Shown here: positions 44,874 to 53,566 of the stretch, piece after piece
Layout: the number at the start of each line of letters is the position of its first letter
Position numbering within the stretch: position 1 is the stretch's first letter
IMG/VR virus record: IMGVR_UViG_3300036766_002288
Location: 1-64,000 of that record
Reading direction: 5' to 3' (one strand)
DNA: 64,000 bases
DNA from: a virus
Program-made: the position numbers and the translations under genes
Notes under the pieces: model-generated
Told to the model about the DNA's origin: nothing
The model's input: only the letters and a program-made list of their open reading frames with translations
Databases searched by the model: none

Positions 44874-45671
44874 ATGGTATGTCAAGGTCAGCCAATGGGC
44901 TTTTATCGTGGTGAATGGGGTTCAGATGGCACCACGTTAAATTTCAACCCAAAACAGAAATCCAGATGGCTATTTCAAATACAAAATATTACAAGCGGTG
45001 ATGCTGGGTCTGGGCCATTACCTTGCATTAGAGCATCACGACCTAAACTACAATTCCGCCAAATGCAAGCAGAACACTTAAATGAGACAATATCTTATCC
45101 AAGTAAACCAGATTGGCAACCAATTCAAATTGTAATCTACGATAGATGTATATCATTTGAACACCCAATTATGACATGGTTGAGACAGCAATATGATCCT
45201 AGTCCTGTTGGTTGCAGTGCTTGGTATCCCTGCATTGATCCTTTGTCTTTTAAGACCTGTGCGCAGTTACTTTTGCTAGATGGATGTGGTAATATTGTTG
45301 AATCATGGACATTGGAACATTGCTATCCAGAAAATGTTGATTTTGGTGAACTTGACATGTCAAACATGGAAATTATTACAGCTGATGTGACACTAAGATA
45401 TGACCGTGCATTTCAAACGTTTCCAGTTGAGCCACATCCTTTATACCCAAGTGAGCCACATCCTTTATACCCAAGCACTACTTGTACATCCTGTGTTGAT
45501 CCAACATGTGATGAGTCTGAAGAAGGCGGCAGTGGCGGTGTTGATAACTCTGGTGGTAGTCAAAATCAACCTTCCAATGATACTAATGTATTCCCACCTG
45601 GCCCTGGAGGGGTCCAGACTAATCCTGGTTTTGCCCCTAGAATTGTGATTCCTGATTTTAGTATGATTTAA
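44874..45671 (+). CDS. tail tube protein (gp19-like) 2 with low-complexity C-terminal extension
   Basis: KSRWLF, SRPKL.F...EHLNE...YP.KPDWQPI.I..YD, YP..VDFGELD, VTLRYD. Confidence 0.85.
   Translation: MVCQGQPMGFYRGEWGSDGTTLNFNPKQKSRWLFQIQNITSGDAGSGPLPCIRASRPKLQFRQMQAEHLNETISYPSKPDWQPIQIVIYDRCISFEHPIMTWLRQQYDPSPVGCSAWYPCIDPLSFKTCAQLLLLDGCGNIVESWTLEHCYPENVDFGELDMSNMEIITADVTLRYDRAFQTFPVEPHPLYPSEPHPLYPSTTCTSCVDPTCDESEEGGSGGVDNSGGSQNQPSNDTNVFPPGPGGVQTNPGFAPRIVIPDFSMI
45428..45475 (+). repeat. 24-bp exact tandem duplication (EPHPLYPS x2)
   Basis: TGAGCCACATCCTTTATACCCAAG twice, in frame. Confidence 0.95.
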
Positions 45672-45901
45672 TATTCAAACAATCCAGGAAAAAGACTTTT
45701 ACATTCTTCAATAATGTCTTCCAATTGTTTTGTTCTACAGTCCAAAACTCGACAAGCCCCGCTTTTGTTTAGTCTGCCTTTTTTTGTATAAACTTTAGAT
45801 TCATTTGTTAATAAAGCATCTATAATTTTACCATAACCCTTATCTATCAGTATTTGAATGATCTCTTGTTGTTCAATCGCTTCAAGCGAATTTTTCGACA
45901 T
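45668..45901 (-). CDS. small hypothetical protein
   Basis: YTKKGRLNKSGACRVL; promoter-like AT tract upstream. Confidence 0.55.
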   Translation of the reverse strand: MSKNSLEAIEQQEIIQILIDKGYGKIIDALLTNESKVYTKKGRLNKSGACRVLDCRTKQLEDIIEECKSLFPGLFEY

Positions 45902-45964
45902 AAAAACCCCCTATTTAAATTAGAATTGATTATATATTAAAATTACAGTGTTGCAACATTAATC

Positions 45965-46381
45965 TTATGGATCAAGGTCGGGACTGTCATCCCAATTATA
46001 AACTCCATATGGGCAATAAGTTACAGGATACCAGCATTCATCAGGCTGACACCAGTAATACCATCCGCCAATATGTGGATTCCAATAGCAGAATGTGCCG
46101 AAATTCACAAACCACTTATGATGGGTCCAATGATTCCATTTAAAACCTTTATAACTATAGCCCCAATTATACTTTACGACTCCGACTTGTTTGAAATGAG
46201 GGTGATTATGATTAATAATAACCGTTGTGTTGTTGTTGTTAATGGTGTTGTTGTGGTTATGATTTGGTGGGGTGTTTGGTTTTTTTGGTGGATTTGGTGG
46301 GGTTGGAACAGGGACAGGAAGGGCCGCACTTAAAGGAATGGAAACTACAAACGCTAAAACTAAACCTAATATATATTTCAT
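45965..46381 (-). CDS. exported His/Asn/Trp/Tyr-rich protein (Planctomycete-like)
   Basis: signal peptide; Pro and Asn tracts; YWNP..GGWYYWC.PD.CWYPV.YCP tail. Confidence 0.65.
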   Translation of the reverse strand: MKYILGLVLAFVVSIPLSAALPVPVPTPPNPPKKPNTPPNHNHNNTINNNNTTVIINHNHPHFKQVGVVKYNWGYSYKGFKWNHWTHHKWFVNFGTFCYWNPHIGGWYYWCQPDECWYPVTYCPYGVYNWDDSPDLDP

Positions 46382-46401
46382 AAAATCTCCTTAATTTTTA
46401 T

Positions 46402-46932
46402 TTAGAACTGACCTTTGGCAACGTAATTATTGGGATTGTTAGGTTTGTGTTTTAGTAGAACTTTTTCAACTTGGCTTTGTAAGAAATCGTGATATTTTTT
46501 CTTCAATTCGTTATAATTACGGGCAGTACGGTACAATTGTCGATAATGGTTTAGTATGCAAGTAGTCATATAATTGAATGCTTTGCCTTTAAGAGGGTCA
46601 AAACGATCAATTTTTTCAAAACAAATCATTACGCCTTCTTGTATAGCATCATCCATGTCTATCAAGTTAAATTTTCTTACAATGTTCTCCGATAAAGTTA
46701 AGAAAGCAACAGCTAATTGTGTCTGGGAGTCACTATAGGATTGTTTGGCTGTTGAATACAAGTCAGTTAAATTTTTCAATTTTTGATGAATTACAACGTT
46801 CTTATTCCCTCGCTTCTTTGACGCCTCTAAATCTTCAATACATATCTCGTATTTGATCTTTTCCCTTTTAGACTGTTGAAACCTATTAATAACTTCCTCA
46901 AATATTCTGTTATTAAGATATTCTGTACTCAA
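46402..46932 (-). CDS. late sigma factor, T4 gp55-like
   Basis: DDAIQEGVMICFEKIDRFDPLKGKAFNYMTTCI.N; region-2-only sigma. Confidence 0.72.
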   Translation of the reverse strand: MSTEYLNNRIFEEVINRFQQSKREKIKYEICIEDLEASKKRGNKNVVIHQKLKNLTDLYSTAKQSYSDSQTQLAVAFLTLSENIVRKFNLIDMDDAIQEGVMICFEKIDRFDPLKGKAFNYMTTCILNHYRQLYRTARNYNELKKKYHDFLQSQVEKVLLKHKPNNPNNYVAKGQF

Positions 46933-46966
46933 ATGCCTCCTAGAAGAAAAATTAAAGCCTATCTAT

Positions 46967-47833
46967 CTATGTCATATCACACGTTTTTCTTACTTTCTTC
47001 CATTCAGTCATTCTTTCGAGTGCCTCTAATTTAGCTTCTTCAAACCATTCTTGCGCCTGTTTATAATAGTCTGGACTGTATAGTTTGCCAGAAGTATAAC
47101 TCCTAATGTGGTCTATATTATCATCTGTTTGTCTGCTGAAATTTTCTTCATGCCCTATTAAATGAGGTTTAATCTTAAATTGTCTTAGGATCATATTGCC
47201 TAAGATTTCTGTATCTGGCCAATTTGGACGTAACGGACTAGGCTTATAATCTACGATATCATGCATATTACAGAGTCTTCTCAAACTCCAACCAAATCCT
47301 ATTTTGTCCATTACTGGCATGTGGTATATGGTTGCAGTGTGAGACACCATGCCACGCCAGTCGTTGTGCATTCTAGGGGACATTTCGTAGCCTACGACAG
47401 GTGAAACTGTGCTGGCCAATTGAACTAATTCTTTAATAAACCCTTGATTTCTTAGGAAACAATCTGCATGAGTAGCAAATAGAAACTCTGTCCTACATAA
47501 AGCAAAAGCAGTGTCCATCGCCATAGCTGGAAAATCACTTGGATGTTGCACCCCATTTAACTGAAAAAAATGCACTTCTAAATCATCCGCTTGCAAGCTA
47601 CGTATTCTTTCTAATTGCTTTCCCCTACTTCCAGTGTCAATAATCATTATGTAAGGCTGTTCTGTTTGGAGTCTCAACAATGCAATACATATTTCTAAAG
47701 TCTCAAAGGTATCCATCACAGGGATAACCGCAGTAACCTTATATTCCCAAGGTTTTTTAGGGGAATTTCCTTCCCACGGTGAAGTGGTTGTATTTATCCC
47801 AAAACCTCTTAATGGAGCAATGTCTTCTTTCAT
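46967..47833 (-). CDS. glycosyltransferase family 2 (GT-A)
   Basis: VTAVIPVM, IMIIDTGS, FLFATHADCFL. Confidence 0.8.
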   Translation of the reverse strand: MKEDIAPLRGFGINTTTSPWEGNSPKKPWEYKVTAVIPVMDTFETLEICIALLRLQTEQPYIMIIDTGSRGKQLERIRSLQADDLEVHFFQLNGVQHPSDFPAMAMDTAFALCRTEFLFATHADCFLRNQGFIKELVQLASTVSPVVGYEMSPRMHNDWRGMVSHTATIYHMPVMDKIGFGWSLRRLCNMHDIVDYKPSPLRPNWPDTEILGNMILRQFKIKPHLIGHEENFSRQTDDNIDHIRSYTSGKLYSPDYYKQAQEWFEEAKLEALERMTEWKKVRKTCDMT

Positions 47834-47852
47834 TTATTTACTCATTTAATTC

Positions 47853-48032
47853 ATGCAGTTAATCGAAGCACTCTATAAAATAGTAGAAAACCCTAGTTCT
47901 TTACAGAATTATAAAAACATCCAGGAATATTATCAAGAAAAAGGCATGGAAAATATTGCCGCAGCCTTCAGTAACCTCATAGAAGTGAGATATGCTAACA
48001 GTCCTAATATTGAACAAGACAAACAAGATTGA
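47853..48032 (+). CDS. small hypothetical protein (59 aa, not in track)
   Basis: MQLIEALYKIVENP... Confidence 0.4.
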   Translation: MQLIEALYKIVENPSSLQNYKNIQEYYQEKGMENIAAAFSNLIEVRYANSPNIEQDKQD

Positions 48033-48912
48033 AAGAACTTTGCAATCTGCATTAAGTTTGAATCCAAAACAAATTTTAATTGGAACATACGTACCTATTA
48101 ATTCAAAATGGGAAGTCGTTGATCTGCACAATAACAACAATTACAGTGCAGATTTAAATAAATTAATAGAACGAACCAAGACGGACTGGATTTTTTATAT
48201 CAAAGAAAACGAGGTTGTTTTACAGACCGATGATATATCATGTCTAGATGAAAATGCAGCTTATGGTGTGCAAATATTACAAGACGATATCATTACAAAA
48301 GAACCTCGATTATGGAATAAGCGCAAGAAAGCTAATTTCAAAAATCCAGTTTTCGAAAAACTAAATATTAGCCCAACAAAATTCCTAGATATTATCCTTT
48401 ATCAAGAAAAATCCAACGACGAAAAAGAATCAAAAATACTAGAAGGCTGGAAAAAATCAAATCCTCTAGCTTTAGACCCGTACTATTACAAGGCTTTTTA
48501 TTCGTTAAGTAACAAAAATTTTAAAGAATTCAAGTCATTAATTACCTATTATCTATTTAATTCAAGACACAACGATACATCGTGTGTAATAGCCAGATAT
48601 TATCTGGCTTTTGTACAAGGTTTAATAGGAAATGAGACGGACGAAGCCATCAATAATTTGGTACTTTGTCTTGCTGAAAATCCATTAATGGCAGAATTTT
48701 GGTGTTTGTTGGGAGATATATTCGTCAAATCTAACAATTTCGAAAAAGCTAATATTTTTTATCAAAATGCAATTTTACTAGGCGGTAGGCGATTGAAACT
48801 GGACGAATGGCCAATGCACATCTCAAAATATCAAGATTATCCCAAAGAAATGATTGAAAAATGCACCAAACTAGTTGATACAGCCCAGCAAATAACAATT
48901 AAGCCTGGCTAA
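47992..48912 (+). CDS. degenerate GT2-like domain plus TPR repeats
   Basis: LTVLIL...IERTLQS, DWIFYI; TPR AEFWCLLGDIF...FEKA..FY..A. Confidence 0.6.
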   Translation: MLTVLILNKTNKIERTLQSALSLNPKQILIGTYVPINSKWEVVDLHNNNNYSADLNKLIERTKTDWIFYIKENEVVLQTDDISCLDENAAYGVQILQDDIITKEPRLWNKRKKANFKNPVFEKLNISPTKFLDIILYQEKSNDEKESKILEGWKKSNPLALDPYYYKAFYSLSNKNFKEFKSLITYYLFNSRHNDTSCVIARYYLAFVQGLIGNETDEAINNLVLCLAENPLMAEFWCLLGDIFVKSNNFEKANIFYQNAILLGGRRLKLDEWPMHISKYQDYPKEMIEKCTKLVDTAQQITIKPG

Positions 48913-49279
48913 AATCTAATTCATTTACAATGACCGTAACTTGGTCTTCCCATCTACTAACAGCTATAGATTTTGTCCCAGGTGCAAGTTCTTTCAACTT
49001 GCTTTCTAGTTGGTCAACATGACAGTTAATAACAGTCCAGTTGTTTTTTACCAATGGTGGCAATTCAAAGTCTGGATTAACTACTTCTTGATTAGGATAC
49101 CGATCTCTTAATTGCTGCGATGCGTATTTAAGGATGTTTCTATAAATAGGCAGATTGCATGGGCAACTTGGGTTTTTCTCGTACTTAATAATGTCTTCGT
49201 GAAGCTCAGGGGGCAGGCTTTGTCTAAAGTTGGTATCTTTCAAAGCCTCCTGCACCTCTTTTATTGATATCTTGTTCAT
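48899..49279 (-). CDS. hypothetical protein with CPCN motif
   Basis: start set to MNKISIKE. Confidence 0.55.
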   Translation of the reverse strand: MNKISIKEVQEALKDTNFRQSLPPELHEDIIKYEKNPSCPCNLPIYRNILKYASQQLRDRYPNQEVVNPDFELPPLVKNNWTVINCHVDQLESKLKELAPGTKSIAVSRWEDQVTVIVNELDFSQA

Positions 49280-49529
49280 TATCATTCTTGGTTTCAAGTT
49301 CTTTTTCCTTAATTTTTTTGGCGGAAAGAAGTCGGCCACATTTTGGGCATTTATATTTCTTTGGCAAAGAAATTAGCGGTGATGGCTTCGAAGTTCTGCC
49401 AGTTTCTGGGTCTAATTTGGGTATCCCGCCTTGTATCTTACTTCTTTTATACTCAACTAATTTTATATTAGCCCCATCTGAATAGAGATTAAACCCACAA
49501 ATTTCACAGTTCAATCTATAGTAAGCCAT
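49224..49529 (-). CDS. zinc-ribbon protein
   Basis: CEICG and CPKCG. Confidence 0.6.
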   Translation of the reverse strand: MAYYRLNCEICGFNLYSDGANIKLVEYKRSKIQGGIPKLDPETGRTSKPSPLISLPKKYKCPKCGRLLSAKKIKEKELETKNDNEQDINKRGAGGFERYQL

Positions 49530-49846
49530 TATTTCCCTTCTTCACTAGGCGGCATATTTATAAATGTTGCTGCTTCTAAATAATTCATAAATACTGCAAC
49601 AAAATTTGCTATGAAACTAGACGCAAACCCGCCTACTATGATCTGCCAAGGTGCGATAGTGGGAAATGCCGCCCAAGCACAAAATAATCCACACCAAAAC
49701 CCAGAACATTGGTAACAATGAATTAATTTTGCAATTTTTTCTGGAAGGTGTTTATCAAAACCATCTCTTATTGGCTGCATAATCGTGCTGTCCACGACAA
49801 TATGAGTCAACCCAATAGACCCAAAAATAAACAAAATAATTTCCAT
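49529..49846 (-). CDS. small membrane protein (DUF1360-like)
   Basis: THIVVDS.I.QPIR, LIHCYQCSGFW, three hydrophobic segments. Confidence 0.6.
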   Translation of the reverse strand: MEIILFIFGSIGLTHIVVDSTIMQPIRDGFDKHLPEKIAKLIHCYQCSGFWCGLFCAWAAFPTIAPWQIIVGGFASSFIANFVAVFMNYLEAATFINMPPSEEGK

Positions 49847-49860
49847 AAAATCTCCTAAGA

Positions 49861-50229
49861 TTAACGTATTAGAGTAATAGATAATTTATCTGCATTTCTG
49901 CTAATAGCAATATTATTGTATCCATTACAATTAGTCAATGCGCTTTCGAGCGGACCCACTAGAGATAACTCTAAATTTTTCACAATATGGTGGTCTAAAC
50001 GTTCAATGAATACCATGTGATTAAATAACCTCGCCAGTTTCTCTACGTGGGTTCCATCGAGAGCATTCAGCAGATCAAGAAGTGCCTGCTTTCTCATGTG
50101 TGTGAGAGCAGGAAATCGGTAGCTTAAAAGCCATTGGTCAAAGATATGTCTAAGGTCTGGAAGGGCTATTTTTACCTTGGAATTTTTAAACAACAATGTT
50201 TCTACATTTTGCAGATTTATAGTTATCAT
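49861..50229 (-). CDS. hypothetical protein
   Basis: ORF; CTAAATA upstream. Confidence 0.55.
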   Translation of the reverse strand: MITINLQNVETLLFKNSKVKIALPDLRHIFDQWLLSYRFPALTHMRKQALLDLLNALDGTHVEKLARLFNHMVFIERLDHHIVKNLELSLVGPLESALTNCNGYNNIAISRNADKLSITLIR

Positions 50230-50257
50230 ACTACTTTATTTAGTAAAAGGAGATTAT

Positions 50258-51349
50258 ATGACAGACATGAATAGAGGTCAAGAGAATAATCCAGAGTCCC
50301 CAATACAGTTTAAGGGAAAGGCACCTCCACAATTTTTCAAAGCTTTAAAACAGTTAAAAGAAGAAAAAAACGACTCTGATATTTCTCGTGGCAAAGACCC
50401 ATATGCGGACATAAGTGCTGCGGCTCCCGCTCCCGAAGAAATGCCAACAGCACCTACCCCACCGCCTGTGCAAAAGAAGCAATATACACCACCAAAACAG
50501 CATCAAACCAAAGCTCGTGTAACTGGTAGTCCCCAATTAGAAGACTTACTAGCTAATTTGATTGACCAAGGCGTGACATATGATGAAATCACGCTCCCAT
50601 CTAGGGGTGTTTTCTATAGCGGCAATGATGGCCCAGCCAATGGTGTATTGCATGTCAGGTCGATGACAGGTGAAGAAGAACAGATTTTATCTACACCTCG
50701 ATATGTTAAAAGGGGTACAGCTATTAATATGATCTTTCAGCGATGTGTTAAGGAAAATATCAAAGCTGATACACTATTAACGGTAGACAGAACTTACTTA
50801 CTAATTTGGTTGAGAGGTATATCTTATGGACATGAATATGAAGTGGAAATTAAATGCCCTGATTGCGATAAGAAATTCAACCATACGATCAATTTAAGTG
50901 AATTAATGGTAAATTACTGCCCAGCGGACATGTCTCCTCCATTAATGGACGTATTGCCCAAGTGTGGATATAAATTCATTTGGCATTTGCCAAAAGGCAT
51001 GGATGAAAATAAAGTTCAAGACTACAGAGATAAAAGGTTAAAGGAATTTGGTGATTCTGGAACCGATGATAGCTTAATATATAGAATGTCTTTAATGTTG
51101 GACGAGATAGAAGGCGTTAAAGATAAGACGGAATTGATGCTTCTTTTAAAAAAGCTGCCAATTCAGGATGTTTCATACTTAAGGAGTTTAACCCTGGACC
51201 CACCTTTTGGCGTTGATACGAAGTGCCAGATTACCTGTGCTTCTTGCTATCACGACTTTGAGGTTGAGTTACCATTGGAGGCAGGTTTTTTCTTCCCACG
51301 GCACAAACGGAAGAAGGAGGGGACATCCTCGGATTCTGGAAATATCTGA
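50258..51349 (+). CDS. baseplate hub/tail assembly chaperone, T4 gp26-like
   Basis: ITLPSRG.FY, VRSMT.EEE.IL, D..YLLI.LR..SYG, CPDC and CASC; AAGGAG RBS. Confidence 0.75.
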   Translation: MTDMNRGQENNPESPIQFKGKAPPQFFKALKQLKEEKNDSDISRGKDPYADISAAAPAPEEMPTAPTPPPVQKKQYTPPKQHQTKARVTGSPQLEDLLANLIDQGVTYDEITLPSRGVFYSGNDGPANGVLHVRSMTGEEEQILSTPRYVKRGTAINMIFQRCVKENIKADTLLTVDRTYLLIWLRGISYGHEYEVEIKCPDCDKKFNHTINLSELMVNYCPADMSPPLMDVLPKCGYKFIWHLPKGMDENKVQDYRDKRLKEFGDSGTDDSLIYRMSLMLDEIEGVKDKTELMLLLKKLPIQDVSYLRSLTLDPPFGVDTKCQITCASCYHDFEVELPLEAGFFFPRHKRKKEGTSSDSGNI

Positions 51350-51504
51350 TGGATGAGCAATTCTTTTTCTTATATCATCTAAATACTTCTAGGACGGATT
51401 TTTTGAAGTATCCTATAAATGAGAGAAAGTATTTAATAGCTAAATTTATTGAGCAGAAAGAAAAAGAACATGAGTATATGGAAAAAGCGAGAAGGAAGAC
51501 TTAA
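51349..51504 (+). CDS. small chaperone-associated ORF (gp51-like), possibly a -1 frameshift extension of the upstream gene (not in track)
   Basis: MDEQFFFLYHL...YPINERKYLI..FIEQKEKE; its frame is open from 51268 through the slippery site TTTTTTC at 51286-51292. Confidence 0.6.
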   Translation: MDEQFFFLYHLNTSRTDFLKYPINERKYLIAKFIEQKEKEHEYMEKARRKT

Positions 51505-51615
51505 TTTCAAGAATTATTGGCTTCAGAAAAGCGAACAGAAAAGAGAAGAAAAAGAATGGAATACAAAATTAGAAGAAATCGCCAAAACAGTCACTAAATT
51601 CATCAGGAGTAATTA

Positions 51616-52362
51616 ATGGGCGTAATCAAAGATCGTTATCAAAATCCTGTAATCGGTGACACGGTAATTTTAAAACTATTTGTTTTAAATTCCAACATGA
51701 GTGCCGAAGTACAGACCATAAACAATGTCAAAATATTTTATTTAGACCGTGCTTCAGTAACACCTTTGAACCCTGACGGTCGTGTATTAATACAGACCAT
51801 ACCAGGAACAGATGTAACAAATCCTGCTCAAGGCGAATATAATCTAAGTTTGTATTTAGACCCTCTTATCTACGTCAATACTGGTCGCTATATCGACGAA
51901 TGGGAAGTGGTATTCAATCCTGGGGATTTACCAGCGACCCTAGATCACCTTTTCCAAGTATACCCTGACTTATGGTTCACTACTCCGATACCTATAGTCT
52001 ATGATTTCAGTTTTTATTTCCAGCCAAATAAAATCAGGCAGGGAAGTAAAAAGTTTATTGAAATCGAAATCATTCCGAATGTGCCGCGTGCAACCGATTT
52101 GCAGGCTTATTATGAAAACTTGGCAATCTCCGCGCAATTATTTGTCTACATAGAACAACAATGCGGAGATTGCCTTCCTTGTGAACAAGATTTAAGAACT
52201 GTGGTTGATGGACAACCCGCACAATATAGAGAGAAAAATAGAGGTTACTACTTCATAGACACTGAGAATTTTGACTGCGGAATTTATGATATGTGGTTTA
52301 AATTAGATTTTGGCGGAAGTGTGTATGTGGGGGATCGAAATCAATTACAAATATACAGTTAA
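51616..52362 (+). CDS. putative baseplate/structural protein (Ig-like beta sandwich suspected)
   Basis: beta-rich; GEYNLSL, GIYDMWFKL; follows the hub chaperone. Confidence 0.5.
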   Translation: MGVIKDRYQNPVIGDTVILKLFVLNSNMSAEVQTINNVKIFYLDRASVTPLNPDGRVLIQTIPGTDVTNPAQGEYNLSLYLDPLIYVNTGRYIDEWEVVFNPGDLPATLDHLFQVYPDLWFTTPIPIVYDFSFYFQPNKIRQGSKKFIEIEIIPNVPRATDLQAYYENLAISAQLFVYIEQQCGDCLPCEQDLRTVVDGQPAQYREKNRGYYFIDTENFDCGIYDMWFKLDFGGSVYVGDRNQLQIYS

Positions 52363-52370
52363 GGAGACAA

Positions 52371-52853
52371 ATGAAAAATGAAGCAAGAAAAGATTTTACT
52401 AGAAGGGTTACAACTAAGGAAAGTAATGTAAAACAAAACCCTATGGGGTTCGCTGGTCATCCAGTTACATCACCATCTATAGTAGTGCCAAGAAAATCAA
52501 GATGGCTCTTAACAAATAAAGAACATCCAAATTTTCACTGGTGGATGAAGTCACTAATAACTGATTACGTAAACAAAAAAATTAAAATTGAAGTATATGA
52601 TGATTCGAAAGGCGACGTTTTTAATTGGAGTCAAGACATACTAAATACACCAAAAACACATGGACCTTTACACCTAGCTCACCTAGACGGCCACGGAACA
52701 ACAATTTCATCTATTACATTTTCAGATTTAAAATTAGTTGAACACTTAACCGAATATGAGTATGGCACAAACGATGTGCTATTGCATAAAGTCACCGTTG
52801 GCTACTCCAAAGTTGAACGACAAAATGAAATTAAAGAAGCTTCCAAGTCGTAA
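52371..52853 (+). CDS. divergent tail-tube-like protein
   Basis: PRKSRWLL, IKIEVYDD, L..LDGHG.......F, YEYGTNDVL...VTVGY parallel the gp19-like genes. Confidence 0.5.
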   Translation: MKNEARKDFTRRVTTKESNVKQNPMGFAGHPVTSPSIVVPRKSRWLLTNKEHPNFHWWMKSLITDYVNKKIKIEVYDDSKGDVFNWSQDILNTPKTHGPLHLAHLDGHGTTISSITFSDLKLVEHLTEYEYGTNDVLLHKVTVGYSKVERQNEIKEASKS

Positions 52854-52866
52854 CAATAAAGATTGA

Positions 52867-52895
52867 TTGACGCCTTACTATACTAATTGTATAGT
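52867..52895 (+). promoter_or_regulatory. sigma70-like promoter
   Basis: TTGACG-17nt-TATAGT. Confidence 0.6.
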
Positions 52896-52903
52896 GAGGC
52901 GTT

Positions 52904-53566
52904 ATGGAAGAATTACTCTACGAATTAGCATATCAGTTATTCAAGGTGGACAACAGTGAGCATACTGTCGAACTCCTAAAAAAAGTCAAAAAACTAGACA
53001 AGAGCAAATTCCAAGAAGCTATTAGCGGCATGGATGTAGAAGATTTAGTAGGCAAAAAGCCTAAAAAGAAAAGACTTAATTCTGGAGTAAAAGGTAAGTC
53101 TGGAGAACGTTCATTAGTCAAATTGTTCAATGAGCGATTCACTGAATTACTAAGTAAAAATAAGAGTTGGGGAGAATTTCATAGGGTGGTTGGTTCTGGG
53201 AATCTTTGGAGCCAAGCAAACTTATCACAAAGATCAGAAGAAATGCATAGCGGTGATGTAGTCTGTGAGAATCTTAAATTTGTAATCGAATCTAAAAATG
53301 GCTATGATGATATCGACCTAATTTCCTTACTTGAAGAAGGCAATAAAGACATAGATTCATTCCTGCAACAAGTAACCAATGATAGTGTGAGAAGTGGAAA
53401 GAAACCACTGCTCATATGGAAGAAGGCAAGGAGACCTAGACTCGCATTTATAAAGGACTTAGGTGAACATGCAGACAAGTTTAAAGGGGCTATGATGCAA
53501 TACAAAGAATGGACCATTATATGCTTAGAAGACTTGTTAAAATTACCAGATGAGTTTTTCTTTTAA
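52904..53566 (+). CDS. Holliday junction resolvase-like PD-(D/E)xK nuclease
   Basis: NSGVKGKSGER, GDVV, FVIESK. Confidence 0.75.
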   Translation: MEELLYELAYQLFKVDNSEHTVELLKKVKKLDKSKFQEAISGMDVEDLVGKKPKKKRLNSGVKGKSGERSLVKLFNERFTELLSKNKSWGEFHRVVGSGNLWSQANLSQRSEEMHSGDVVCENLKFVIESKNGYDDIDLISLLEEGNKDIDSFLQQVTNDSVRSGKKPLLIWKKARRPRLAFIKDLGEHADKFKGAMMQYKEWTIICLEDLLKLPDEFFF

